Shown here in pieces: positions 13,201-25,756 of a stretch of 64,000 nucleotides of DNA; the stretch's first letter is position 1; each line of letters starts with the position of its first letter. The notes under the pieces are model-generated. The model was not told the origin of the DNA. It was given only the letters and a program-made list of their open reading frames with translations, and searched no databases. Both the position numbers and the translations under genes were made by a program. This DNA comes from Leucoraja erinacea (taxonomy: Eukaryota): positions 19,902,001-19,966,000 of the forward strand of contig NC_073393.1 in assembly GCF_028641065.1 (NCBI RefSeq), given 5' to 3'.

Positions 13201-16200
13201 GATCCCAAGCACTTGTTTTCTTCCTCTAACTACACAAAATATGTACACTAGAACCGTTGGGTTTGGGGCTGGAGAAAAGTATACAGTCTCCGTCGCTGCG
13301 ATTGAGCTTATTATTCATAATAGTGGGGAAGTGGAAAATTTATATTTAACATTTGTACCTTATGAAAACTCAAACGATGAAGAGACAACCAAGATTAAAC
13401 GATTGGGTTTATCAAACAAAAGAACAAAATATACAATGGGGGGGTACCTGTCGAGAGAATTTCATAATGGTGACTAAAGTTAAAGCAGGTACATAGCTAA
13501 TGGAAATCTTATTATTTATCAAGAAAGAACTAACATGTAAGCAAGGAGGTTGTGCCATTGCGTTAATTCACATTACAAGCTCTCGTACTGGCACCGTTAT
13601 CTCCAGCGCATTTCCTCCGGCTCAGCCAGGTGAACGGGCTCCATTACCTATATGTATTTTCTGAGACATTGTTTGACATTTTCTGATAATCGCACGTTCT
13701 GTAATCGCAAACTTCACTGGACCTTAATTGGTACATGTGACAATAAACTGACCTTGAAACCTTGAATGGCTGTTTCTATAAGCACCCTTTACCTCAACGT
13801 GTTTGCCTCCATCATTGTTTGGTCCACAACCATGCATGCTCAATGTATCAGTCTGCTGCTCTGATATCTAGTCCCAACACCCACCTGGAACAAGACGAGC
13901 TTTCTCCTTGTCCATAAGCTCATACGGTCACAAGGAATAGGAGTAGAATTAAGCCTTTCGGTCCATCGTCTACTCCACAATTCAATCATATCTGATCTAT
14001 CTCTTCCTCCTTACCCCATTTTCCTGCATTCTCCCCATACCGTCGGACACCTGTACTAATCAAGAATCTATCTATCTCTGCCTATAAAATATCCACTGAC
14101 GGCCTGCAAAGCCTTCTGTAGCAAATTATTCCACAGATTCACCGTTAATCTGTAAATCATCTTAAGTAATTTTAAGTGCTGCACAATTAGTAATGCGTTC
14201 GAAAAAAATCCCGTTATTTCAATTGGTAACCTGCAACTCTCAGACCAATAAACAATGGTCATTTAGCAAGTGCGAGGCACAGAAACATTCCGTAGGATGA
14301 TTTAACAGGCCTTGGGTTCCCTGAGAAGGGTAATCACCACCTTGTGCTCAACAGCGACACATCTAGTAGAGCTGCTGTTTCACAGCACCAGAGATACAGG
14401 TTCAATTTTAACTTGGGCGTTGGGCCCTGTCTATGTGGAGTTTGCACTCTCTCCCTGTAATCATTTGGGTTTCCTCATGGTGCTCCAGGTTTCTCCCACA
14501 TCTCAAAGACGTGTGGATTTATGCGGCAGCAATCTAGACGGCAGGAGAGGTAGAATTGGGACATTCGGCCATCCGCCATTCTATCGTGGCTGATCTTTCT
14601 CTCTCTCCTAACCCCACGGTCCCACCTTCTCCCCATAACCTCTGACACCTGTACTAATCTATCTCTGCCTAAAAAAATATCCACTGACGGCCTCCACGGC
14701 CTTCTTTTAATTATTTAATTCTGAGGCTATTACCTCTGGTCCTAGACTCGCCCGCTAATGGAAACATCCTCTCCTCATGCACTCTATCCAAGCCTTTCAC
14801 TATTCTGTATGTTTCAATGAGGTCCCGTCTCATCTTCTAAACTCCAGCGAATAGTGCCGACAAACGCTCATCATAATTTAACCTACTCATTCCCGGGTCT
14901 ATTCTTGTAAACTTCTTCCATGCTACTACCCTCTAACTTCAATGAATCATTAAGCGACCATCGGACCGCCTGACTGCTGTTCTCCCTCCACTTTCTTTCT
15001 CGCAAAGGCATTATTTCACCACAAACCATCTTCACTATCCTGTATCCGCGAACACCTACTTGCCTTCTCACCGTACCTTCGCATTGAGCGATAGATATTA
15101 TAATGTTTGTCCTTTCAAAACTTCCATTAACACCATCCAGTGATCTGCGTACTCCCGCCAGAGTTCACCTTTTCAGATTTCAATTGCTCCAGTATATTTG
15201 GTGAGGTCTTTTTTAGTTGGGAAACACCAAATGCAAACGGGAGCTGCGGAAGCACAGCGGCGCAGCTATAGAGCTGCTGCATCACAGCGCGAGAGACACA
15301 GGTTTGATCCGAACCATGAATGCTGTCAGTGTGGAAGGTGTACGTTCTCAATGTGACTGCGTTGGTGTTCTTCGGGTGATATGGTCTCCTCGCACATCCC
15401 ACATAGAATGGATGTGCAAGTGTGTAGACTAATTGGCTTCTGTAAGTTGTCGCCAGTGTCCAGGGAGTGGATGAAACAGTGTTCTAACAGAGAACTATAT
15501 ACTGGTGATCGATGATCAGCGCGGACTTGGTGTGCTGAAGGCTCCGTTTCCACGCGGTATCTCTAAAACTAACACTGTCAATATGAAGATGTTAACTCAA
15601 TTTCCAATTGTACCTAAAATCGTAATCCATCTTACATTTTCAATTTGTTTCCTTTACTTCTCGTCCTACCTCAACGAAGTCACAAGAATGTGTTATGGAA
15701 TCTCTTCTAACTGCAAGCAACCTTAGACCTGAGCAATGAATTCACCAATTTCAGAAAATTGGATGAAAACTGGCAGTTTCTATGAATGAAAATAATGGAA
15801 TAAATTCCAGATGCTGGGCGCATAAAATTAACTAAACATAGAAACCATCAGCTGGAATTATCGTTTATCCGTATTGTGTTCGCATATTTTCTTATTTCTC
15901 CTTTATTTTCATTTTCCTCTTCTATTTGAATCCCATCACAGATCAGCAACGATGATTAAAAAAAATATCTGAGTTAATGGCCACGTATGTTACTAAATTT
16001 CCCTTGGTCTCTGCCCTCCGGTTCATTGGTTTGGTCCCGTGGAACTTGTTTCCATGTTGGATTACCATCTCTCTCCAACGTTACAGCGATAAGACTACAC
16101 ATTATTTTACATTTAAGCAATGTCCTTATTATGCAGGGAAACAGCTTTACAAGTATTTGCTGAGACGACTTGTTGGTGTTCTGTGTGCAGTCCTGATCAT

Positions 16201-19134
16201 CCTTGGATTGTCATTATGTTGGAAAAGGTGCAGTAAGGATTCACCTAGGTATTACCTGGAATTCGTGGATGGAGTTATCCGGTGATGCTGAGCAGGTTGT
16301 GAGCTCTTCCCATGAGGCATGGGAGGTTTACCTAATTCAAGTATATAAAATTATGATGGGCGTAGAGAAAGTGAATGCTTACAGTCGTTTTACGAGGTTA
16401 CGAGGGGTCCAAGGGGCAATTTCTTTCCGAGGAAGCTACAGAAGCGTACACAATTGTGATTTTCAAAGGAATTTTGGATAGATATTTGGATAGGAAAGAT
16501 TTAGAAGGGAAATGGTCAAATGCGGAGAGATGGGTCTAGGCCAGAATGCCAACTTGCTTGACGTGGACGGGGCGGGCCGAAGGGCCTTGCTTCCATGCTG
16601 TAGAGCTCTATATGATCGGAGATAAACAGCGAGTTCCAACGTCCGCTATTACACAAACATGCAAACACAACTGTCATCTTTGCGCGATATCTCTTACTAA
16701 CCCGTATCTAGTTTCGTAGACTGTCATACCTTTCCATTACAACAAAGACATGCCCGCAATCTCCATCCAAATACTTAAAAACGGTCTAGCGTAAGTTTTG
16801 GGTGGGAATTCATGAAATGTCTTGACATAAAACAGTGATATATCTCAGGACGTTATTGAAGGTATAAACCTCATACCCATTCCAGGAAAACTGTGAGTTT
16901 CAACGGTCGGAACCAGGAGGGTGACGTGAAACACGTGGCAACTATAAACCGATCGGCGATCCACTACATGCAGGAAGCTGGAAGCAACGTATAATCCCTC
17001 TTCGTTCCGTATTTTAGTGGTATTTATTCCAGAAGTTATTTCTTGGCCATCTTTATACCAGGTGAGTTCACAGTCCGCCGGGAAAAACGGAGCAGTCGTA
17101 CAGTTTAGGGCCAGGGAAGGAGCGTTCATCTGTTTTATCTTCAAAGGCGTCGGTGACACTGAAACGATTTAAGACAAAGGAGTAAGTACCCCTATATCTT
17201 TATAAGACAATATAATCGCTTTCGAAATGTGTAATACCATACCTCTTGGGCGTTCCTTTAATAGCAAAGTATTTTAATTATTTTGTTGGAAATATATAGT
17301 ACAGTAAACCGGCGTTATAACGCAGTTGGACAGGAGCACTATATCTGAGGGCTAGTTGAGGCAGATGTCAACACCTATCACTTTCCCCAATGCCTCCATT
17401 CTGTCCATGCGAGGAATGTAGAAGTCTGGGGACGAGGGGTGAGCCAAGTCTCTGAAATAGAGCACAGAGCATTCGGTCATCTCTCTCTAATAAAGCTACC
17501 TTGCCTCTGGGATTTCCTTGTCATGGGCGATTCTCTTCTTTTTTAATGCTAAACAGTTTTAGTTTATTATCACGTGTACCGAGCCACAGTGAAATGCTTT
17601 TTGTTGTTTGTTATTCAATGAGCGAAAATACTAAACATGATTACAATTAAGCCGGCCGCATTGTACAGATTCAGGATTACAGGATAACGTTTAGTTCAAG
17701 ATAAAGTCGAGTGAAGTCCGATGAAAAAGATAGTTTGAGAATCTCCAGTAAGGTAGATGGTAGGACTTGACCTCTCTCTAGTTGGTGACAGGACGGGGTC
17801 GGGTATCTGCTGGGAACGCAATGGTGCTACACCAGACAAGGCAGAGTTCAAAGTGGTACAATCAAACAGAAAATTGCGTTAATTAACTCGTAAAGGGAGT
17901 TATTTTTGTATTATATGCAAAACACGCTGAACGGGAGAAGCAGCTTTATGTATGCGTGAAAGTCTTGTGAGAGGCAACGCGCAGAATAATGTATACGTTT
18001 GACATATGGAGTTGTATCTAATGTTACCCGGAGAATAAATAAAGTTTAGAGTGAAAAGGGTAGATATAGGAGCAACAATAAACAATACTGGGAATCTGTG
18101 GGAAGATCCGATCATGTTTGAAAATGTTTAAGATGAACTTTTAAAAGTAGTGTGATAAATTTTATTAGGATAAACGAATTTGGTCAAAGTAGTGGACGTT
18201 GTCTGCGCGGACCAGAAATGACTTTGACAAGGTTGCGCACTTGTACGTTGCTCTGGAACATTAGATCCCATGTGGTCCAGGGAGAGCTCGCCATTGGATA
18301 GAGAAATGGCTTCATGTAAGGAAGCAAAGGGTGATGGTGGAATATTGTATTTTGCGGACTAAATTCCGGGGAAGGCGAGAGGGGAACACTTACCAAGAAC
18401 CTAAGGGGCATCCTTTTCATGCAGATGCTGGTGTGTATATGGACTGAGGTGCCAGATGAGGTCGCTGAGGCAGCTACAACTTTTACCAGACATTTGGACG
18501 GATGCATTGGGGATAAGGTATAGAGAATGATAAGGGCCTATTACGGTGTGACAGTATTGTGATTCGAAACATCAAGTAAGACTCACCGTGTACAATAATC
18601 CTCGTGCCATTGCTTTTGGAAATCTTTCCATTCCCGCCTCTCACACTGCAATAATAGATCCCGGAGTCACGGAAGGTCGCGTTCAACAGATGTAATTCGG
18701 CAGATCCCTTCAGGACATTGTGCATTGTCATCCTCCTGTTTGCGGTGGGATTCAACGTCCCTTCTTGACCGTCTCTCTTCCAGTATACATCCACCAGTGC
18801 ATTCTGACCGAAGTTCGGGAAAGTACAGTATAGGGATACATTTTCACCTTTCACTTTCGTTACCTCATCAGGAATCTGACGCACCCTGAACGAGGAGGCC
18901 TCTTCAGTAACTGTCAAAATTAAAAAACAAACGTTAAACATGTGAAATGACAATGAACGGATTGATAAAAATGCAAATAGCTGAAATAGCTCGACCCAAA
19001 AGTAAGTTGCACATCTTATACTTTTCGCGGATTGACCTTTTCCCTGTTATTTTCCTTTAATAGAGGGAAATATGTTAACCTGTGTAACTCATATGAAGGA
19101 TCGAGAGACACAGCAGCACAGCAAACATAAACAT
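10134..19134 (-). CDS. Gene B: non-rearranging V-C1-TM IgSF receptor with cytoplasmic Tyr motifs (SIRP/NCR3-like architecture), putatively inhibitory or switch type
   Basis: Six exons with GT-AG boundaries and consistent phases: L 19080-19134, V 18587-18910, C1 16877-17158, TM 11530-11640, cyt1 10866-10909, cyt2 10134-10229. Confidence 0.85.
10866..10909 (-). CDS. Gene B cyt1 exon APENIEARTHHFEKQ
   Basis: ctctactag|...CAG|gtaat, 44 nt, phase 1 to 0. Paralogous exon at 40021-40063. Confidence 0.7.
11530..11640 (-). CDS. Gene B TM exon GTRVKLVYFLAGGFAICVLIIPALVCYVRRYKLHSTE (uncharged TM)
   Basis: ttttccctttag|...G|gtaag, 111 nt; hydrophobic stretch followed by basic stop-transfer residues. 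Confidence 0.85.
16877..17158 (-). CDS. Gene B Ig C1-set exon
   Basis: LNCTTAPFFPADCELTWYKDG...GLYVASSFL...YSCHVFH C1 signature; phase 1-1 exon, 282 nt. Confidence 0.92.
18587..18910 (-). CDS. Gene B Ig V-set exon with J-like G strand
   Basis: GENVSLYC...VYW...LHLLNATFRDSGIYYC...SNGTRIIVH; ttgacag|...G|gtgagt, 324 nt. Confidence 0.93.
19080..19134 (-). CDS. Gene B leader exon MFMFAVLLCLSILHMSYT
   Basis: Hydrophobic signal peptide, phase-1 donor AG|gttaac; conserved in gene E. Confidence 0.8.
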
Positions 19135-19235
19135 TCTGAACCAAGATGATGAAAACGATGTTTCCTCTCTGAGAGCGAGTCAAGCAGTGAAGCTTGTTGG
19201 CGAGCGTCTTGCAGCAATACCGCGTGGCCCCAATG

Positions 19236-19257
19236 GTTCCGTTTCACTTTGACGTCA
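19236..19257 (-). promoter_or_regulatory. IRF-E/ISRE-like site abutting a perfect CRE upstream of gene B
   Basis: Minus strand TGACGTCA-AAGTGAAACGGAA, about 100-120 bp upstream of the ATG; conserved upstream of gene E. Confidence 0.5.
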
Positions 19258-20024
19258 TAGCGCTGGAAAGCACACTTAGTGTCATGGAGAACACAGACGT
19301 TGCAGATATTATCTAGAGAATATGGCGCATTTTTGTGCATCATGGAAAGTTTTGATTTGATGCAGCTTCGCTTATGTCACAAACCCGGTTAACCTTTACA
19401 GATGGTTTAAATGATATGGCCAATCGAAAGAAGAATATCAAGGCAACGCAACGTGAAATACATACATAGAATTGGTAAAAAGTGTCGAAGGGAAATGCCT
19501 CGCCAGCCAAATCTAAGCGTTTTACAGATACTGCAGCAGTTAGAATGGGAGAGAAAAACCAACGCGTAGAACAAATAATCATATACTGTACATTATCTCT
19601 GCCATGGGGTAAAAAGACGTTTATGGATATGCCGGTGAATAAAGGACGGGCGCAGAGGATGGACAAAAATAAATACTTTCAAAACCTAAATGTTACTAAA
19701 GAGTTTAGAATTTAGAGAATATAGAAACAGTCCCATCGGAGCATCGAATCCACGACAACCATCGATCACCTCTTGACACCAGTTCCATGTTATCCCACTT
19801 TCTCACCCACTACCTGCATGTTAAGGGCAATTTACAGCAGCCAACAAAGCAGCAATTCTTTGGGATGTAGGAAGAAATCAGAGCACACGTAGAAAACCCA
19901 TATAGTTATAAAGGAGAACTTGCAAATTCCACACAGACAGCACCGAACTAGGTTAGGATCAAACGAGGATCTCCGGCAATGTGAGGCGGCATCTTGACCA
20001 GTTACCACCATTGAAGAGGTTTAT

Positions 20025-21845
20025 GATTTGATTTGATTTGATTCAACTTTATTGTCATTGCACAAATACGAGTACAAGTACAACGAAATGCAGTTTAGCA
20101 TCTAATCAGAGTGCAAGGTAGTAAAAATACTGGTTAAAACAATATGTGCAATGTGGATGAATTAAGCTAGTACATAGGCAATAAATATAACCAGATAAAA
20201 TAGTATAAAGATAGCTAGCGTCGGGTCTGTGAGTTCAGCAGGGTGATGGTATTTTGGAAAAAGCTGTTCCTCAGCCTGCTTGTGCGAGACCTGAGGCTCC
20301 TGTACCGCGGTTAGGGTGACCGCGGTCCTTACTTAATGATTTTCCCGCCCGTCTCAGACACCGTTTGCGGGGGAGGGCATCCATGGCAGGGAGCGGGGCA
20401 TCGATGATGTGCTGAGTGGTTTTCACCACCCGTCGCAGTGCCTTCCTGTCAGCTGTTGTGCAGCTGCTGTACTATACCGTGAAGCAGGTGGTCAGGATGC
20501 TTTCAACGGTACAGCGGTAGAAGTTGGACAGGATCTGGGGGGGACAGTTGAACTTTCTTAAGCCTCCTCAGAAGGTAAAGGCGCTACTGCTTCAGTTTGG
20601 TGGTATTGAGGAACCAGGACAGATCCTCTGAGATATGTACCCCGAGGAATTTGTAGTTGGAGACGCGCTCCACCTCAGTCCCGTTTATGTGGATGGGGGT
20701 ATGTCTGCCACCTCTGGTCTTCCTGAAGTCTACGATGATTTCCTTTGTCTTCTTTGAGTTGAGGAAGAGGTTATTATTGGTACACCAGGCTGCCAGGTTC
20801 TGGACCCCCTCCCTGTAGGCTGATTCGTTATTGTCTCTGATCAGTCCTACCACCGTGGTGTCATCGGCGAATTTTATGATGGCGTTGGAGCCATACATAG
20901 GGACACAGTCATGGGTGAAGAAGGAGTCGAGTAGAGGGCTGAGCACACAGCCCTGTGGTACGCCAGTGTTCAGTGTCAGAGTGGAGGAGGTGAGGTTGTT
21001 GATCCTAACAGACTGGGATCTGTTGCTGAGGAAATCCAGTGTCCAATTGCAGAGGGAGGTGGTGATGCCAAATCCGCTGAGTTTGGTGATCAAACTGGCG
21101 CGGATGACAGTATTAAATGCGGAGCTGAAGTCGATGAACAACAACCTGATGTAGGAGTTGTTATTGTCCAGGTGGGTCAGGGCAGAGTGTAGGGCCGCAG
21201 ATGTGGCGTCAAGAGTCAAGAGAGAGTCAAGAGTCAAGAGTATATTTAATTGTCATTAAACTATTGTCATTAAACCTCTGTAGACCTGTTGGGCCGGTAG
21301 GCAAACTGATGGGGGTCCAGTGTGGGAGGGAGACTGAATTTGAGGTGAGCCAAGATCAGTTGCTCAAAGCACTTCACGATGACGGGGGTGAGTGCCACTG
21401 GGCAAAAGTCATTGAGACTCCCTGAAGCTGACTGTTTGGGCATTGGCACAATGGTTGAGGTCTTGAGGCAAGTAGGGACGACACCCTGGGCCAGTGACAG
21501 GTTGAAAATGTCAGTGAAGACCAGGGATAGTTGTCCAGCACATGCCCTGAGCACACGCCCGGGATGCAATGGGGCCGGCAGCTTTGTGCTCGTTCACTTT
21601 GCTCAGTACAGCAGAGGTGGAGAGACTGAGGGGTTGTCCATTCGGGGGTGGGGCAGGTTTGATGGCCGGTGTTATATTGTCCCGATCAAAACGAGCATAG
21701 AAGTAGTTTAGCTCGTCAAGAAGGGAGACGTTGTCTGGGGGGGGAGGGTGTTAACTTTATTGTAGTCGGTAATGGACTTGATGTTTTGCCACATGCGTCT
21801 GGGGTCGGAGATGTTTTGAAAATGCTCCTCGAAAATGAGCCCAAG
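20025..21845 (-). mobile_element. Rex1/Babar LINE (RT), degenerate; absent from the gene E copy
   Basis: [29 protein letters not shown] in ORF 20584-21237; (ATTTG)n tail; the paralogous site near 49850 lacks it. Confidence 0.85.
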
Positions 21846-22490
21846 CATTGATCAATTCCAATCAGCTGGTCTTCAATACTCACAGATTTGTAGTATTTTG
21901 AAATATATATTGGATATTATCCTCCGTGGTTCTATACATTCAGTAATTATTCCTGGTTAGTTCTGAATAGCAAATGTGAACCTTGCGTTTCGGGCAGCGA
22001 GAGAAAGAGAGGGATAGGATCGCCGCGAAACGGGAAGGTTAGATCAAATGACATAGCAAACACGTGCTGCCTTGTAATCCTTGTTGTGCACATCGTGGCA
22101 CGTCTGCACGTGGCTGCTGCTTCTTTGGGGGTTTCCTCGGACTTTCAATCTTCCGAAGGCTTTTCAAAATTGGGGCTCGGCGAAAAGAGCACATGGAATA
22201 GGGATCAGCAGAGACGAGTGAATTGTAACTTGGTTAATGATTCGAAAGCGGAGAATCGGAATAGACAGACACTTCTCAATGTGGCAGCTCGTCACCAATG
22301 GAAATTAGGCTGTGGGCCGAGCATCAAAAATGTGTCTAGAAATCGGTTTTCGTGACTCAAGTCACCGAACTACAAGAAATTTCCCACAGATTTAGATGAA
22401 ATATAAGTGAGAAGGAAGTCATAACTCGTCAGTGTCAAAAGTTGCACATTAATTAATTAAATTAATTTGAAAATGAAATCGGGAAAGCAA

Positions 22491-22507
22491 GCGCCATCTA
22501 GTGGCCA
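22491..22507 (-). promoter_or_regulatory. Candidate CTCF site
   Basis: Minus strand TGGCCACTAGATGGCGC closely matches the CTCF core consensus; lies between divergent genes B and D. Confidence 0.45.
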
Positions 22508-22712
22508 ATTCTCATATTACACCACAGACTGCTTATTTCCGTGTTGCAGTCCATTAAACTAGATTATTATACCTATATACATATGACTTGTAAATATGAC
22601 TGTAATCATATATAATTAAGTATAATTATATGATATGAAAATAATATGATTAATATAATTGTAAGTGTTTTTTTAATGACACTGTCGCAGAAGTCCTGCT
22701 CCTGAACCAGCC

Positions 22713-23052
22713 TAATTAATGGGTGAGGGCAGTTCTTGTGGGTTCCTCCCTTTACTGAACCCCACTGACTGCCAGTGTACAGAGTGGGGTCACGGCCATA
22801 GTGGGACTGGGGCAGTTCCAGGCTGGGGGACAGTCCTGCAAGGCATCTTCCAGTCGCTTTAACAGGAAATGTAATGAGACTGCAGCAGAGGTCCCGGGTT
22901 TTAAGGGTTCATGAACCTGCCCAATTAAAGGGTCAGGACAGATCTTCTGGGTTCCCCGTTTTACTAAGTCCCACTGACTGCCATAGTGGGGAGAGTGGGG
23001 GTAATGGCCATAGTGGGACTGGGGCAGTGCCAGGCTGGGTGGCAGACCTGTA
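22713..23052. repeat. Diverged direct repeat, two ~130-bp copies about 210 bp apart
   Basis: CCCACTGACTGCCA...GGCCATAGTGGGACTGGGGCAGT.CCAGGCTGGG occurs twice. Confidence 0.6.
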
Positions 23053-23257
23053 AGAGACCTGTCTTATTTCTGATGTAAATGTCACATCCTGACCAAGAAT
23101 CGAATGATCTAATGTTTACTCGATGAGTATTCATTTTAAGCTACAATGAGCCTATATATATATGATAGAGACCCCCCGATGGTTACTTTGCAAATGAGGG
23201 CTATTACCTTTAACCTAAAATAACCCTAAAAGTGTTGCATTCTTTGAGTATCTGTAG

Positions 23258-23465
23258 TTTGTGTGTGTGTCTGTGTATACCTGTCAAACGTGTATCTGTA
23301 GATGTGTGGATGTAAGTGTGCATGTATGTGTGCATGTATGTATGTGTGTGTGTGTGTGTGCGCGGATGTATGTGTGCATGTATGTGTGTGTGTGTGTGTG
23401 CATGCATGGAAGTGTGCGTACGGATGGATGTGTGTGTGGATGTGTGTATGTATGTGTGGATGGGT
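23258..23465. repeat. Degenerate (TG)n/(TGTA)n microsatellite
   Basis: Direct inspection. Confidence 0.9.
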
Positions 23466-24189
23466 GGGCAGTTGCACTGTCATTCACCAGCACGCCATTA
23501 TCATAAGTAATTCACTCATTGTTTAAATAATTTGAACAAATAAACAGTGAAACGATCGACACTAAAATAAAACTTTATATAATCATTTATTTCCACAATG
23601 TATTTGTTTACATTACATCTGATCGTCATCTGAATATTCTTCATCAGATTCCAAGTCTAAGTTTTGATAAGTCCATTAATAAGTTCAAGTGGAGGGTCAA
23701 GCATGAGGCCAAAAAAAACATCTCATAGTCATTAAGTCTGCATCGACTTCAATTCATAACATTTCAACCTCTTCTTACTGTTAATGGGAATACCACTGTT
23801 ACTACCATAGATAAATTAGTTCAAGTTTGTTCAAATACACCAATTCATTTCTACATAAACATCAGCCATTTCTGACCATTACTCACTGCAATGGCAGCCT
23901 ATAAAGTGCAATGAATATTCTTCCGTTTTTCTCCCGTGGTCGGGGCCTTGAAACCGCCGCTACGGACGGCACTATGTACAGCCACTATGTACAACCTTCC
24001 ACTCACCCTACCCTTCATTCGCTATGTTAATGCATAGGCCCTACGATCGGAGCACTTTTTCCCGGTAAGTTATCGCAGGCAGCTCCGAGATTAGATGTTA
24101 AAGACTTATTATCTACAACAAGCTGGCATTACTGAAAATGTTTAATTTACCTTGTGTTGTGGATACACATAGTTTAGGCCCTCAACTTC

Positions 24190-24372
24190 ATGAATGAATG
24201 AATGAATGATTGAATGATTGAATGATGAGTGAGCGAATGAGTGAGTGAATGAATGAATGAATGGGTGAATGAGTGAATGCATGAAGGAATGAATTGAGTG
24301 AGTGAGTGACTCGGTGAATGAATGAATATATGATTGAATCAATGAGTGAGTGAATGAATGAATGAGTGAATG
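24190..24372. repeat. (GAAT)/(GAGT)n microsatellite
   Basis: Direct inspection. Confidence 0.9.
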
Positions 24373-24799
24373 TACATAAGGACAGCTATTTAAAATCGAG
24401 TCGCATCGGAATTGCTTTTCACGGAACTCCCTATGGAGTTATGAGGGGAGATTATTGAAAGCATTTAATTGAATTACCGATATTTGATAATGAAAGATCA
24501 GGGGATGGAAGGCTATGGGGAAATGGCATAGAAGGAGAATTGGAGGCAAGGGTGGATTAAGGACTTGCTGAATGGCGGGCAGCCTTCAGTGTTCAGATAA
24601 CATATTCCCTGTTCCTAACACTTCAATTTTGCCGAAGATATATGCAAATAACTGGCGTAACTCAGCGGGACAAGTAGCATCTCTGGGGAGAAGGGAAGGG
24701 TGACACCTCAGGTTGAGACCTTTCTTCAGACAGTTTTACTTCTTCAAACGAGACATACCTTGAGGAGATTTCGCAGTGGAGCGCGCAAAATGTGTCAAA

Positions 24800-25294
24800 A
24801 AGTACTGCAGATAATGGTTTACATCGAAAGTTGGGGACCCGGGGGGAAGAAGAAGCTCCATCGGCCGGCCCGCGGACAACTTCTACCGCGGGCGCGGCAT
24901 GGACTTACCATCACCCCTGGAGGGGAGCTTCGACCACCGGCCCTGCAGTTTGCGGTGCTTCTTGCTGCGGCGCGGCGGGAACTTTAAATCTTCGACCGCC
25001 GGCCTGCGGCCTACACCATCCTGAAGCCGCGGTCTCCGGTGGGGAGGAGCCGATCCTGGACTTACCTTGACTTTACTTTGTTCTTTACCATCTGGACACC
25101 CGCAGCAACGGCTGCGGAGGTGGAGGTCCCGACCACGGGGGGAAATGGAAAATGGAGGACTGGCCAATTTCTGTGCCTTCCACCACAGTGATGAATGCTG
25201 TGCTGGATGTTTGTGTAAAATTTTTATTGTGGTTGTGTGTTCTTTATTATTGTACCGCTGCTGACAAATTCATTTCACTTGCACTTTATGTGCA
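24800..25294 (+). mobile_element. GC-rich non-coding retroposon (same family as 58730-59655)
   Basis: Close match to 59150-59615, including GGGAACTTTAAATCTTCGACC and CATTTCACTTGCACTTTATGTGCA. Confidence 0.65.
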
Positions 25295-25756
25295 NNNNNN
25301 NNNNNNNNNNNNNNNNNNNNNNNNNNNNNNNNNNNNNNNNNNNNNNNNNNNNNNNNNNNNNNNNNNNNNNNNNNNNNNNNNNNNNNNNNNNNNNNNNNNN
25401 NNNNNNNNNNNNNNNNNNNNNNNNNNNNNNNNNNNNNNNNNNNNNNNNNNNNNNNNNNNNNNNNNNNNNNNNNNNNNNNNNNNNNNNNNNNNNNNNNNNN
25501 NNNNNNNNNNNNNNNNNNNNNNNNNNNNNNNNNNNNNNNNNNNNNNNNNNNNNNNNNNNNNNNNNNNNNNNNNNNNNNNNNNNNNNNNNNNNNNNNNNNN
25601 NNNNNNNNNNNNNNNNNNNNNNNNNNNNNNNNNNNNNNNNNNNNNNNNNNNNNNNNNNNNNNNNNNNNNNNNNNNNNNNNNNNNNNNNNNNNNNNNNNNN
25701 NNNNNNNNNNNNNNNNNNNNNNNNNNNNNNNNNNNNNNNNNNNNNNNNNNNNNNNN
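25295..25756. other. Assembly gap (N run)
   Basis: 462 N bases. Confidence 0.99.

Larger units (their letters stand above)
9757..22300. repeat. Segmental duplication block carrying gene B (partner ~38174-51260)
   Basis: Colinear similarity of exons, introns and flanks (e.g. 9760 vs 38181, 22290 vs 51250), interrupted by copy-specific TE insertions. Confidence 0.85.

Noticed and set aside
15977-16285. ORF with a TM-like stretch (LVGVLCAVLIILGLSLCW), duplicated at 42947-43204
   Set aside because: The DNA is a decayed CR1 3' segment (QLYK...LEYCVQFWSP region) read off-frame, antisense within the B/E intron, and frameshifted between copies.
23210-24342. His/Thr-, Cys/Val- and HSF-rich ORFs
   Set aside because: Translations of TG and GAAT microsatellites.
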